This document shows, piece after piece, positions 36,108 to 46,326 of a DNA stretch of 64,000 nucleotides. Below the pieces are notes generated by a model, which worked only from the letters and a program-made list of their open reading frames with translations, was not told the DNA's origin and did no database searches. The first letter of the stretch is position 1; every line of letters begins with the position of its first letter. The DNA is from Coriobacteriia bacterium. Its GTDB lineage: Bacteria; Actinomycetota; Coriobacteriia; Anaerosomatales; SLCP01. The DNA lies in NCBI GenBank assembly GCA_014859265.1, contig JACUUN010000001.1, positions 9,383 through 73,382 of the forward strand, given 5' to 3'. Made by a program: the position numbers and the translations under genes.

Positions 36108-37327
36108 GGGAGCACCTGCCCGACATCGTCGTCGATGACTACCGAGGTCCCGTGGGGCCCCGAGATTCGCTTGAGGCGCTCGAGGATGTCGGTGGCCTCC
36201 GAGCCGGTCACGATCCTCGGCTGGCCGATGCTGTAGAGGTAGACGGGCGCCGCCCGCACGTTCGCGATTCCGTGCGGTCCGAGGTCGGCCTCGAGGATGA
36301 ACGCCTCACCGGTCTTGCGAGAGTAGTGGTCGAAGACGAAGTCGCCGAGCGAGTACGCGATGAAGCCGTCGTTGTAGAACTCAATCCCCTGGATCACGTG
36401 GGGGTGGTGCGAGAGCACCATGTCGGCACCCGCGTCAATCGCGGCGCGGGCGTCGCGCACCTGATCGGCGTTGGCATCATCGACGTACTCAACGCCCCAG
36501 TGGAAAGAGACGAGCACGTAGTCGTGCTCCTCCTTGGCGGTGCGGATGGCCTCGGTGACCGCGCTCATATCGGTACGGCCCGGTGCGAGCCCCGCTTTGC
36601 TGTCGGTCGCGATGAAGCCCGCCGGGAGGATGTGGCTAAAGGAGAGGAACGCCACGGTCGTGTCGCCGTAGGTGGCCACCGCCGGCTTCCATGCGGCAGC
36701 GCGGTCGATGCCCGCTCCAGCGTACCCGATGCCGGCCAGGTCGAGCGCGGACACCGTGTCCACCAGCGCCTCGGTGCCGTAGTCGAGGATGTGGTTGTTC
36801 GCGAGTGAGAGGAAGGTGAAGTCGCTTGCCCTGAGCCCCTCGATGCCGCGGGGGTCGCCCCGGAAGTGCACGTCCTTGTTCGGCCACGGTGTGCCGCCGT
36901 TAGAAAGCGGGCTCTCGAGGTTCCCGACCGCGATGTCTACGGCGGACAGCCGGTCAGCGACGTACTTCAAGGGAGCCAGGCCACCCTCACGCTCGATGAG
37001 CTCTTTGACGCGGCGGTCGAAGTGCATGTCTCCCACAGCGGCGACGGTGAGCGTGGCGGGAAGGCTCGGAGCAGGGGGCTCGACGGGTTCGGCTACAGGA
37101 GCGAGTGTGACGGTCGTTTCTGCGGCGACGGGCGGCGTTCCCGGAATAGTGGCCCCGGCGCGCGAAGGCAGGGCGACGCGCGCGAAAAAAACACCACTTG
37201 TGACCAGCGCTGCAAGTGCGAGCACCGCCAGGATGGCGTTACGCATCCGACGGGTTCGACGGCGTCTCTGTGCACGCCTGGCCGACCGCGGGGTGTGGAG
37301 GAGAGGTGAAGGGGTTTCCTGTGGCAT
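36104..37327 (-). CDS. CapA-family metallophosphoesterase-like protein
   Basis: 'LTVAAVGDMHFD', 'VGNLESPLS', 'LSLANNHILDYG' and 'VSFHWGVEY' are CapA/PGA_cap motifs. I chose the start at ATG 37327. Confidence 0.8.
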   Translation of the reverse strand: MPQETPSPLLHTPRSARRAQRRRRTRRMRNAILAVLALAALVTSGVFFARVALPSRAGATIPGTPPVAAETTVTLAPVAEPVEPPAPSLPATLTVAAVGDMHFDRRVKELIEREGGLAPLKYVADRLSAVDIAVGNLESPLSNGGTPWPNKDVHFRGDPRGIEGLRASDFTFLSLANNHILDYGTEALVDTVSALDLAGIGYAGAGIDRAAAWKPAVATYGDTTVAFLSFSHILPAGFIATDSKAGLAPGRTDMSAVTEAIRTAKEEHDYVLVSFHWGVEYVDDANADQVRDARAAIDAGADMVLSHHPHVIQGIEFYNDGFIAYSLGDFVFDHYSRKTGEAFILEADLGPHGIANVRAAPVYLYSIGQPRIVTGSEATDILERLKRISGPHGTSVVIDDDVGQVLP

Positions 37328-37426
37328 GGCGAAGGGTGACACCACGGCTGCATGTCGGCGGTCAGTATAGCACGCATACCCCCACCACAAGTGAGGCGTC
37401 GACGCGTACGCATGCGCGCGTGTAAA

Positions 37427-37435
37427 TGCTACAAT
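37427..37435 (+). promoter_or_regulatory. Candidate extended -10 promoter (TGC-TACAAT) of the V-ATPase operon
   Basis: TGCTACAAT lies 40 nt upstream of the ATG at 37476. Confidence 0.4.
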
Positions 37436-37475
37436 CGCCATCATCCTTTGACGGGCCGAGGAAACCTGAGGTCGC

Positions 37476-37781
37476 ATGGAGAAGCTCGAGGAGATATTGC
37501 ATGCCGAGGAGCGTGCGCGGCATGCCGTCGCGGACGCTCGCATCCGGGCCCGGGAGATGCGGATCGAGGCTGCTGCCGACGCCGAGATGATCATGACCGC
37601 GGCGCAGCGGGAGGCGGCCGAGGAGGCCGCTTCGCTCACCGCATCGATGCTTCGCGAGGCCGAGGCGGAGGCCGCACGGTTGGCCGCTGCTTCCGAGAGC
37701 GAACTCGCAGACTTCCTGAGAGTCGCCGAAACGCGCCTGGAGATGGCCCTTCAAACCGCGCTCGACGAACTGGACCGGTGA
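37476..37781 (+). CDS. V/A-type ATPase peripheral-stalk subunit (G/H-like)
   Basis: 101-aa, A/E/R-rich, all-helical protein at the first position of the operon, as for subunit G/H. Confidence 0.6.
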   Translation: MEKLEEILHAEERARHAVADARIRAREMRIEAAADAEMIMTAAQREAAEEAASLTASMLREAEAEAARLAAASESELADFLRVAETRLEMALQTALDELDR

Positions 37782-37787
37782 GCGATC

Positions 37788-39788
37788 GTGGCCGTTGCCC
37801 GCATGCTCAAGGTCCGCGTTATCGGCCACAACGGCATGCTCGACGAGACGGTGCGTCTGATCCAACGGGCTGGCGTCGTCGAGGTGACGATCCACGAACT
37901 GCCCCTCGATGAAGTGGCCGCTCTCGAGCCTGATCAGGAGCGCCTGAACGAACTCGAAGAGAAGATCGCACGCGTATCGTTCGTGCGGGATTTCCTCGGG
38001 CGCTTCCGCCGGCCCGAGAACTCGTTCTCGACGTTCATCTCGGAGAAGGCCCATCTGTCCCTCGATGAGTTCGAGCGTCTGGCAGAGGTCTCTGTCGCCG
38101 GACTCTGCACCGAGTGTGACACGATGGCCGAGAGACTGGGCGTGATCGATCGCGAGCGCACGCGGCTGGCTCACCTGGTACACGATCTCGCACCGTGGGA
38201 GAGTCTGCGTCTGCAGATATCGCAGTGGCAGGGCACCGAGCACGTTACGCTCTTCACCGGCACTGTGCCGCTCTCGGCATCCGAGGGGATCCGCCAGACG
38301 CTACGGGAGACCGTCACCGACGTCTCGGTCGCGGAGGTCGGTGAATCGGCGCAGCGGCAGGCGTGGGTCGTCATGGCGCACAAGGACTCGCTGGAGGACG
38401 TGACGTCGACGCTCACGCTCACGGAGTTCATCGAGGTGAGCTTCCCCGGACTTGCGGACTACCCGGCCGAGGAGCGTTCGAGGGCGATCGCGCGCATCGC
38501 AGAGCTTGAGGCGGAGCAGGCCGAAATCGAGGACCGGGCACGCGAGCTCGCTGACGGCGGGGAGTACCTCCGGACCGTCGCGCTCGTCCAGTCCCTGCTC
38601 TCACAGCTGGATGCCGAGGAGATCAGGTCCGGTTTCGCCGGCACGGAGCGCACCTTCGTCATCAGCGGCTGGATTCCCGAAGACCATCGAGAGAACTTGG
38701 TGACGATGCTTGCCTCGGTCGGGACCGATGTCGACCTGACATTCGAGGAAGCCGCTCGCGATGAGCCTGTGCCAGTGACGCTTCGCAACCCGGCTCTCCT
38801 CCGGCCGTTCGAGGTGCTTACCGATCTCTACGGCCGCCCGCGTTACGGAGGAATCGATCCGACCCCGCTGCTGGCGGGCTTCTTCTTCCTGTTCTTCGGC
38901 ATGTGCATCGGGGATGTCGGATACGGGCTCATGCTCGGCCTTGCCGCTTGGCTCATCAAGCACCGCCTCGACGTCGCCCCCGGCGTGCAGAAGTTCATGG
39001 ACCTGCTCATGTTCGGCAGCGTGGCAGCGATGCTCGTGGGGATCGCGACCCGTAGCTACTTCGCCCTCTCGGCAGAGGCGCTCCCGGCGTTCTTGCGTTA
39101 CACGCCGCTCATCGATCCGCTCGATGAGGTCATGACGCTGCTCATCGTCTCCGTGGCACTCGGTGTCGTGCACGTGTCGCTCGGCGTGATCACCAGCGCG
39201 TACCAGCGCTGGCGGGCAGGCGACATCGCAGGCGCTCTGTCCGAGGACCTCACCACGATCGCCCTGTTCATCGCGGTGGGCCTCGCAGTCGCCTTCCCGG
39301 CGACCATCGGCTGGCTTCTTCCCGCCGCGATCGGCCTGGCGGTGCTCTTCAAGGGCAGGATCCTCGAGCGGTTGTTCATCGACCGCTCGCCGGTCCAGGC
39401 GCTGGTCGGTGTCGGAAAGGGGCTGCTCGGCCTGTACGGGATGGTGGGATATGCGTCCGACTTCCTCTCCTACACCCGGTTGGCGGCACTCGGACTCGCG
39501 AGTCTGCTCGTCGGAGACACCATGAACCGGCTCGCGGCGCTCACGTCGGAGATACCGTTCGGGGTCGGGCTCCTCGCCGCGGTGCTCATCCTCGTGGTCG
39601 GCCATACGTTCAACGTCGTGATAGCGTTGCTCGGAGCGTTCGTGCACCCCACACGTCTGCAGTTCGTCGAGTTCTTCAGCAAGTTCTACGAGGGTGGCGG
39701 GCGTCCGTTCGCGCCACTCGCTCTGCGCACGAAGTCGGTGGTTCTGCACCCGGTGAAGGGTGAATCGGAGGGAGGAGTACGGTCGTGA
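37788..39788 (+). CDS. atpI: V/A-type ATPase subunit I (a)
   Basis: Soluble coiled N-terminal half plus a polytopic C-terminal half containing 'YASDFLSYTRLAALGLAS' (essential Arg region). Confidence 0.9.
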   Translation: MAVARMLKVRVIGHNGMLDETVRLIQRAGVVEVTIHELPLDEVAALEPDQERLNELEEKIARVSFVRDFLGRFRRPENSFSTFISEKAHLSLDEFERLAEVSVAGLCTECDTMAERLGVIDRERTRLAHLVHDLAPWESLRLQISQWQGTEHVTLFTGTVPLSASEGIRQTLRETVTDVSVAEVGESAQRQAWVVMAHKDSLEDVTSTLTLTEFIEVSFPGLADYPAEERSRAIARIAELEAEQAEIEDRARELADGGEYLRTVALVQSLLSQLDAEEIRSGFAGTERTFVISGWIPEDHRENLVTMLASVGTDVDLTFEEAARDEPVPVTLRNPALLRPFEVLTDLYGRPRYGGIDPTPLLAGFFFLFFGMCIGDVGYGLMLGLAAWLIKHRLDVAPGVQKFMDLLMFGSVAAMLVGIATRSYFALSAEALPAFLRYTPLIDPLDEVMTLLIVSVALGVVHVSLGVITSAYQRWRAGDIAGALSEDLTTIALFIAVGLAVAFPATIGWLLPAAIGLAVLFKGRILERLFIDRSPVQALVGVGKGLLGLYGMVGYASDFLSYTRLAALGLASLLVGDTMNRLAALTSEIPFGVGLLAAVLILVVGHTFNVVIALLGAFVHPTRLQFVEFFSKFYEGGGRPFAPLALRTKSVVLHPVKGESEGGVRS

Positions 39789-40276
39789 ACGAGACCATCA
39801 TGGCGATGTCCGGCATCGACTGGGCGTATCTGGGAGCGGCGGTGGCGGCGACAGGAGGCGGCATAGGCTCCGCGATCGGCATCACGCTCGTCAGCAACGC
39901 GGCCACCGGTGTCGTGACGGAGGATCCGGACAAGTTCGGACGTATCCTGCCGCTCGCGGCCATGCCCGGCACGCAAGGCATCTACGGCTTCATCACCGCG
40001 CTGCTGGTGTTCATCTTCTTCGGCGTCTTCGAGGGCGCCGTCGACATCACCGCCCACGAGGGCCTGCGAGTGTTCTTCGCCTGTCTGCCGGTGGCGTTCG
40101 TCTGCATGGTGTCGGGCATCTATCAGGGCGCGACCGCGGTGGGCGCAGCAGGCATGGTGGCACGTCGCGACGAGGACGCAGGCCGGGCGCTCATCTTCCC
40201 GGCGCTGGTGGAGACATATGCGGTCTTCTCGCTGATCGTGACGATCATCATGATGCTTTACGTCACCACCGGGTAG
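39785..40276 (+). CDS. atpK: V/A-type ATPase proteolipid subunit K (c)
   Basis: 163 aa with 4 TM helices, Gly-rich 'GGGIGSAIG', and a conserved Glu in the last helix pair ('ALVETYAVFSL'). Confidence 0.9.
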   Translation: MNETIMAMSGIDWAYLGAAVAATGGGIGSAIGITLVSNAATGVVTEDPDKFGRILPLAAMPGTQGIYGFITALLVFIFFGVFEGAVDITAHEGLRVFFACLPVAFVCMVSGIYQGATAVGAAGMVARRDEDAGRALIFPALVETYAVFSLIVTIIMMLYVTTG

Positions 40277-40282
40277 GCGACC

Positions 40283-40927
40283 GTGGCTCTCGCTGACATA
40301 CTGCAGCGCATCGAGGAGGACGCGACGGTCGAGGCGGCGGCGATTCTTCGGGAAGCCGAGGAGGCGGCGGCCGCTGTCCGCGCGGAGGCGGAGGAGCGCG
40401 CGAAAGCCCATGCCGAGACGGTTCTCGCACGGGCGACGGCCGACGCCGAGGCAGCTCATGGCGCAAAACTCGCGGTAGCACGCCTCACCGCGCGCGACAA
40501 CGCCCTGGCCTCCAAGCGACAGCTGGTCGAGCGGGTCCTCGGCAGGGTCGCCGACCATCTTGCATCGCTGCCCGCCGAGGAGTACGCGGCGTTCATCGCG
40601 CGCAAGGTCAAGTCAGTCGCGCGGGCCGGCGAGGCGCTTTCCATCGGGCATGAGGACCACGGGCGGCTCGGGCCTTCGATCGCCCCGGCGCTCTCGGCTG
40701 CTAGTGTCGACGTGCAGGTGCGCGGCACCACTGCCGCCATCGGCAATGGAGTCCTCATCGAGGGAGACCGGGTCAAGGTCGAGGTTTCCGCGCGTGCGCT
40801 CGTGTACTCGCGTCGCGAGCGCCTGGTCGCGCTCGTGTCCGAGAAGTTGTTCGGGGCTGACAGCGTTGGGATCGGACCCGCGGAGCTGGCGGATGACACC
40901 GGTCATGACGACGAGGAGGCGACGTGA
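40283..40927 (+). CDS. atpE: V/A-type ATPase subunit E
   Basis: Long N-terminal A/E-rich helix plus a globular C-terminus. The position in the operon fits. Confidence 0.8.
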   Translation: MALADILQRIEEDATVEAAAILREAEEAAAAVRAEAEERAKAHAETVLARATADAEAAHGAKLAVARLTARDNALASKRQLVERVLGRVADHLASLPAEEYAAFIARKVKSVARAGEALSIGHEDHGRLGPSIAPALSAASVDVQVRGTTAAIGNGVLIEGDRVKVEVSARALVYSRRERLVALVSEKLFGADSVGIGPAELADDTGHDDEEAT

Positions 40928-41925
40928 CGCGGATTCGCGCCATAGCCGACCCGGTCAGATACGGGTTCGCGGTGGGCCGGGTGCGCGTGCTTGAGGGGCG
41001 CCTGCTCGGTCACACGACCTTCGAGCGCCTGTTGGATGCACGCGACTACGACCGCCAGCGGCGCATCCTCGCCGACACCGTGTACGCCGACCACCTCGAG
41101 GGAACAGCCACGCCGGATGACGTCGAGCGCGCCCTCGACGCGTCTCTCGTCGAACTCTACGAGGACTTTCTCGAGCACGCGAACCTTCCCGACCCCATCG
41201 TCGCCTACTTCCGGACTCGGCATGACTTCGAGAATCTCAAGGCACGGCTCAAGGCGGAGGCGCTCGGGATGGAGATCGACGGATTGCTCACCCCGCTCGG
41301 GAGTGTCTCGCCCGAGGTCTTCGGCGGGGCTGCCGAGCGGTTGCCGTCGGGCGTACGTGAGGCCGAGGCGCGCATCAAGCTGACGCTTTCTGGCGACGAC
41401 GACACCGTGCCTCCCGAGATGATCGACGCGGCGGTCGACAAGGAGATGTTCGCTTCGCTCTCCACGATCGCGAACGAGTCGAAGAGCGAGTTCGTGCAGC
41501 ATCTCGTGGCGCTCGAGGCCGATCTCGGCAACGTTCGCGCGTTCGTGCGCGGGCGTGTGCGCGAGCTTCCAGTGGCCGACATCGAGCGCGCGCTCGTGCC
41601 GGGTGGTGTGATTCCAGCGTCGACGTTCGTGGCGTACTACCGGCTGCCGTTCGAAGAGGGAGTGAACCGCCTCTCCACGTCGCGCTCTCTCAGCCTGGCC
41701 GATCCCGAGGCGATAGCCGATCCGGCACGCCTCGATGTGGCTCTCGACGCCCTCGTTGCGCGCGAGATCCGTGCGCACCGCCGGACCTCGATCGGACCGG
41801 ATCCGGTCGTGAGCTACGTGCTTGCTCGACGTGCCGAGGTGACCGCGTTGCGCACCATCATCATCGGCACGTTCTCGCAGGTCCCGGTGGAACGGTTGCG
41901 CGAGCGTGTCAGGGATGTGTCTTGA
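40924..41925 (+). CDS. atpC: V/A-type ATPase subunit C (d)
   Basis: 333-aa helical protein. 'YGFAVGRVRVLEGRLL' resembles the subunit C N-terminus. The position in the operon fits. Confidence 0.8.
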   Translation: MTRIRAIADPVRYGFAVGRVRVLEGRLLGHTTFERLLDARDYDRQRRILADTVYADHLEGTATPDDVERALDASLVELYEDFLEHANLPDPIVAYFRTRHDFENLKARLKAEALGMEIDGLLTPLGSVSPEVFGGAAERLPSGVREAEARIKLTLSGDDDTVPPEMIDAAVDKEMFASLSTIANESKSEFVQHLVALEADLGNVRAFVRGRVRELPVADIERALVPGGVIPASTFVAYYRLPFEEGVNRLSTSRSLSLADPEAIADPARLDVALDALVAREIRAHRRTSIGPDPVVSYVLARRAEVTALRTIIIGTFSQVPVERLRERVRDVS

Positions 41926-41926
41926 G

Positions 41927-42259
41927 ATGCGTGAGGCGAAAGTTGCTGTGGTGGGAGACAGCTCGAGCGTGGCGGGGTTCCGCCCGCTCGGGTTCGCGGT
42001 CTTCGCCCTCGAGTCGCCTGCCGAGGCACGAGGAGTGTGGCAGCAGCTCGCAGGTGGTGAGTACGGGGTGGTCTTCATCACCGAGCCGGCTTATGCGGAG
42101 ATCGAGGATCTGGTCGCCGAGGTCGCCGACGAAGCGCTACCGGCCGTGACCGTCATCCCGGGCGCGGGAACCCAGGGTGGAGTCGGAGAGAAGAAGCTGG
42201 CCCGGGCCATCGAGAAGGCCCTTGGAACGACGGTTCTCATCCGAGAAGAGGACGAGTAG
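41927..42259 (+). CDS. atpF: V/A-type ATPase subunit F
   Basis: 'KVAVVGDSSSVAGFRPLGF' is typical of subunit F. ATG at 41927. Confidence 0.8.
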   Translation: MREAKVAVVGDSSSVAGFRPLGFAVFALESPAEARGVWQQLAGGEYGVVFITEPAYAEIEDLVAEVADEALPAVTVIPGAGTQGGVGEKKLARAIEKALGTTVLIREEDE

Positions 42260-44053
42260 ATGGCTGAACTCGAACAGGGAAGGATCGTGAAGGTTGCAGG
42301 TCCCTTGGTCGTGGCCGAGGGACTCGCGCGCTCCCGCATGTACGACCTGGTGCGCGTGGGCGACGAAGGCCTGATGGGTGAGATCATCGAGATGCGCGGC
42401 GACCGTGCCTCGATCCAGGTTTACGAGGAGACCGAGGGCCTCGGCCCGGGAGACGTCGTCGTCTCCACAGGCGCGCCGCTCTCGGTGGAACTCGGCCCGG
42501 GCATGATGGGCGCGGTCTACGACGGCGTCCAGCGCCCGCTCGACGCGCTCAAGGTGCAGTCAGGAGCCTTTCTCGCCCGCGGCGTGAGCGCTCCCGGTCT
42601 CGACCGAGAGGCGCGCTGGACCTTCCGCGCGACGGTCGATGCGGGCGACCGCGTCGAAGGCGGCGACGTCATCGGCATCGTTCAGGAGAACGAGGTCATC
42701 GCGTTGCGCATCATGGTGCCACCGGGCATCGACGGCCGCATCGGTGAGATCGGCTCGGGCACCTACACCGTCGAGGAAACGCTCGGCACGCTCGTGGCCG
42801 ACGATGACACCGAGCATGCACTCAAGCTCATGCAGACGTGGCCGGTGCGCATCCCGCGCCCCTACCGGCGCAAACTCTCCCTCGCCGAGCCCCTCGTGAC
42901 CGGCACTCGCGTCATCGACACGTTCTTCCCGTTGCTCAAGGGTGGTGCGGCGTGCATTCCCGGGCCGTTCGGCGCGGGCAAGACCGTCGCGCAGCACCAG
43001 ATTGCCAAGTGGTCTAACGCCGAGGTGGTCGTCTTCATCGGCTGCGGCGAGCGCGGCAACGAGATGACCGACGTGCTCATGGAGTTCCCCGAGCTCACCG
43101 ACCCGTACTCGGGCCAGCCGCTCATGCGACGCACGGTGCTCGTGGCCAACACCTCGAACATGCCGGTGGCCGCGCGCGAGGCGAGCGTGTACACAGGCAT
43201 CACGATGGCCGAGTTCTTCCGTGACATGGGCTACAACGTCGTGCTCCAGGCCGATTCGACGTCGCGCTGGGCAGAGGCCATGCGCGAGATCTCCGGCCGC
43301 CTCGAAGAGATGCCGGGCGAAGAGGGCTTCCCGGCCTACCTGGGCACGAGACTCGCCGCGTTCTACGAGCGTGCCGGCAAGGTCGCCACGCTCGGCGGGC
43401 CGCTCGAAGCGGATGCCGAGGAGCGGCAGGGCTCGGTTTCGGTCGTCGGTTCGGTCTCGCCTCCCGGCGGCGACCTCTCCGAGCCGGTGGTGCAGAACAC
43501 GTTGCGCGTCGTGAAGGTCTTCTGGGCGCTCGAGGACCGGCTCGCCTACGAGCGGCACTTCCCGGCGATCAACTGGCTCGTCTCCTACTCGCTCTACCTC
43601 GACAAGATCACGCCCTACTGGCGTGAAGCGGTGAGCGACGAGTACCGAGCGCGGCGCGACAAGTGCATGGAGCTCCTCCAGCGCGAGAGCGAACTCGCCG
43701 AGATTTCCCGCCTCGTGGGCGTGGAGGCGCTCTCGCCCGAAGAGCAGATCATCATGGAGACGGCGAAGTCGATCCGTGAGGACTTCTTGCAGCAGAACGC
43801 GTTCCGTGACGACGACCAGTTCACCTCGCTCGTCACGCAGGACCGCCTGCTCAGGGTGATCCTTCTCTTCCACGAAAAGGCGCTCCAGGCGCAGGCCGAG
43901 GGCGCGCCGCTCAAGGAGATCTTTGACGCACCGGTCCGGGAACGTATTGCGAGGGCGAAGTACACGACCGAGGAGACCGACGTCTTCAGCCAGATAGAAT
44001 CGGACATAGAGACACAGTTGGTCGCCGATGGCGGAGAGGCGGGTGAGGTGTAG
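42260..44053 (+). CDS. atpA: V/A-type ATPase catalytic subunit A
   Basis: Walker A 'GPFGAGKTV' and the non-homologous insert region typical of A subunits. 597 aa. Confidence 0.95.
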   Translation: MAELEQGRIVKVAGPLVVAEGLARSRMYDLVRVGDEGLMGEIIEMRGDRASIQVYEETEGLGPGDVVVSTGAPLSVELGPGMMGAVYDGVQRPLDALKVQSGAFLARGVSAPGLDREARWTFRATVDAGDRVEGGDVIGIVQENEVIALRIMVPPGIDGRIGEIGSGTYTVEETLGTLVADDDTEHALKLMQTWPVRIPRPYRRKLSLAEPLVTGTRVIDTFFPLLKGGAACIPGPFGAGKTVAQHQIAKWSNAEVVVFIGCGERGNEMTDVLMEFPELTDPYSGQPLMRRTVLVANTSNMPVAAREASVYTGITMAEFFRDMGYNVVLQADSTSRWAEAMREISGRLEEMPGEEGFPAYLGTRLAAFYERAGKVATLGGPLEADAEERQGSVSVVGSVSPPGGDLSEPVVQNTLRVVKVFWALEDRLAYERHFPAINWLVSYSLYLDKITPYWREAVSDEYRARRDKCMELLQRESELAEISRLVGVEALSPEEQIIMETAKSIREDFLQQNAFRDDDQFTSLVTQDRLLRVILLFHEKALQAQAEGAPLKEIFDAPVRERIARAKYTTEETDVFSQIESDIETQLVADGGEAGEV

Positions 44054-45481
44054 GTGGAGCGCGAGTACATGACAACCCGCGACATCGTCGGGCCGCTGCT
44101 GCTCGTCGAGAACGTCTCGGATGTGACCTACGGCGAACTCGTCGAGCTCGAGTTCCCGGACGGCACGGTTAGCCTCGGCAACGTGCTCGAGGTAAACGAG
44201 GACGTCGCACTCGTGCAGGCGTTCGAAGGGACCCGCGGCGCGAACCCGAGCCAGACCAAGGTGCGCTTCCTAGGCCGGGGACTCACACTCGGCGTGTCGC
44301 GCGATATGCTCGGGCGCGTCTTCGACGGACTCGGGCGACCGATGGATGGCGGACCGGAGATCCTGCCCGACGTGCAGCGCTCGATCCACGGCTCCTCAAT
44401 CAACCCGACCGCACGCGACTTCCCCGACGACTTCATCCAGACCGGCGTGTCGAGCATCGACGGCCTGAACCCCCTCGTGCGCGGCCAGAAGCTGCCGATC
44501 TTCTCGGGCTCCGGCTTGCCGCACAACCAGCTTGCGGCTCAGATCGCACGCCAGGCCCAGGTCATCGGCGGTGGTGCAGGCGACTTCGCGGTCGTCTTCG
44601 CCGCCATGGGCATCACCTTCGAGGACGCCGACTTCTTCATGACCGAGCTCCGGCAGACCGCCGCCATCGAGCGAGCCGTGCTCTTCCTCAATCTCGCCGA
44701 CGACCCAGCAGTCGAGCGCATCGCGACCCCTCGCATGGCGCTCACCGCGGCCGAGTACCTCGCGTTCGACTGCGACATGCACGTCGTCGTCGTGCTCACC
44801 GACATGACCTACTATTGCGAGGCGCTGCGCGAGGTCTCGGCGGCTCGCAAGGAGGTCCCCGGACGCCGCGGCTTCCCGGGCTACCTCTACACCGACCTCG
44901 CCACCATCTACGAGCGCGCGGGGCGCGTGCAGGGCAGGGCGGGGTCGATTACGCAGATTCCCATCCTGACGATGCCCGAGGACGACAAGACGCACCCCAT
45001 TCCCGACCTCACCGGCTACATCACCGAGGGCCAGATCATCCTCGATCGCGCCCTTCACCGGCGCGGCATCTACCCGCCGGTCGCGGTGCTGCCGAGCCTC
45101 TCGCGCCTCAAGCAGAAGGGCATCGGGCCGGAGAAGACGCGTGAGGACCACGCCGACCTTTCCAACCAGCTCTTCGGCGCTTACGCACGCGGCATCCAGG
45201 CCAAGGAGCTCGCGCTAATCCTCGGCGAGGCGGCCCTCTCCGACGCAGACAAGGCGTTCTCCGCCTTTGCCGATGCGTTCGAGGACCGCTTCATCCGGCA
45301 GGGCGAGCACGAGGACCGCTCGATCGAGGAGACGCTCGCGATCGGTTGGGAGCTCATGACGCTCCTGCCCCGCACCGAGCTCAAGCGCATCAAGGACGAG
45401 TACATCGAGCGCTACCTGCCGGGTGGCGCTGAGACTGCCGAAGAGACTGCTGACGCCGAGGAGGTCACCGCTGCACCGTGA
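44054..45481 (+). CDS. atpB: V/A-type ATPase subunit B
   Basis: '[16 protein letters not shown]' and '[15 protein letters not shown]'. The start is GTG 44054 or ATG 44069. Confidence 0.95.
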   Translation: MEREYMTTRDIVGPLLLVENVSDVTYGELVELEFPDGTVSLGNVLEVNEDVALVQAFEGTRGANPSQTKVRFLGRGLTLGVSRDMLGRVFDGLGRPMDGGPEILPDVQRSIHGSSINPTARDFPDDFIQTGVSSIDGLNPLVRGQKLPIFSGSGLPHNQLAAQIARQAQVIGGGAGDFAVVFAAMGITFEDADFFMTELRQTAAIERAVLFLNLADDPAVERIATPRMALTAAEYLAFDCDMHVVVVLTDMTYYCEALREVSAARKEVPGRRGFPGYLYTDLATIYERAGRVQGRAGSITQIPILTMPEDDKTHPIPDLTGYITEGQIILDRALHRRGIYPPVAVLPSLSRLKQKGIGPEKTREDHADLSNQLFGAYARGIQAKELALILGEAALSDADKAFSAFADAFEDRFIRQGEHEDRSIEETLAIGWELMTLLPRTELKRIKDEYIERYLPGGAETAEETADAEEVTAAP

Positions 45482-45666
45482 CGACCGTCATGTGGATAGC
45501 GGTCGGGGCGCTGCTCGTCGCCCTCGTGGCGCTGCAGATCGTGGGCGCGCGGGCGCTCGCCGACTTCGGCGTGCGGACGTCTCCCGCCGTGCGCGTCCTG
45601 CGCGCGATCAACGTGGCCGTGGTCATCGCCGTCGTCGCGTTCGCGTTCTGGAAGTGGGTGAGCTAG
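45478..45666 (+). CDS. Small two-TM membrane protein embedded in the V-ATPase operon
   Basis: 62-aa ORF with high GC3. GTGA overlap with the atpB stop, and its TAG ends 1 nt before the atpD GTG. Two hydrophobic helices (aa ~4-23 and ~41-60). No family recognised. Confidence 0.5.
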   Translation: MTTVMWIAVGALLVALVALQIVGARALADFGVRTSPAVRVLRAINVAVVIAVVAFAFWKWVS

Positions 45667-45667
45667 C

Positions 45668-46297
45668 GTGCCGGCGCTGCGCGTGAATCCGAACCGCATG
45701 GAGCTGCTCAAACTGCGTCGGCGCCGTCAGGTGGCTCAGCGCGGACACAAGCTACTCAAAGACAAGCTCGACGAGCTCATGAAGGAGTTCCTCGCCCGCA
45801 TCGGCGAGAGCCGCAAGATGCGCAGCTCGGTCGAGCGCGAGCTCTTCGCCGCGTACGGGACGTTCGCGATCGCGCGTGCCGAGTCGGGGAGCGCATCGCT
45901 CGCAGCAGCGCTGGCGAGTGGCACACCCGAAGACCTCCTCGAGGTGGGCGAGCGCAACGTCATGAGCGTGCGGATCCCGCAGTTCACCCTCGGCGAGCTT
46001 CCCGCTCCCGGTGGGTACTCGCTCGTGACCACTCCGATCGTGCTCGACTCGGCGCTCGACGGGCTTGCCAGCCTCGCGCCGCGCCTCATCGAGCTGGCCG
46101 AGCGCGAGAAGGCCATCGAGCTGCTCGCTGCCGAGATCGAGCGGACTCGTCGGCGCGTGAACGCGCTCGAGTACGTGCTCATCCCCCAGCTCGACGAGAC
46201 CATCCGCGACATCGGGATGAAGCTCGACGAGGCGGAGCGCAGCAACCTCACGCGCCTTATGAAGGTCAAAGAGATGATCGAGGCTCAGCAGCAGTAG
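45668..46297 (+). CDS. atpD: V/A-type ATPase central-stalk subunit D
   Basis: 'RVNPNRMELLKLRRRRQVAQRGHKLLKDK' is the subunit D N-terminal signature. Confidence 0.9.
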   Translation: MPALRVNPNRMELLKLRRRRQVAQRGHKLLKDKLDELMKEFLARIGESRKMRSSVERELFAAYGTFAIARAESGSASLAAALASGTPEDLLEVGERNVMSVRIPQFTLGELPAPGGYSLVTTPIVLDSALDGLASLAPRLIELAEREKAIELLAAEIERTRRRVNALEYVLIPQLDETIRDIGMKLDEAERSNLTRLMKVKEMIEAQQQ

Positions 46298-46326
46298 ACG
46301 CTGCCCGCGGCCCCCGGCGATTCTTC

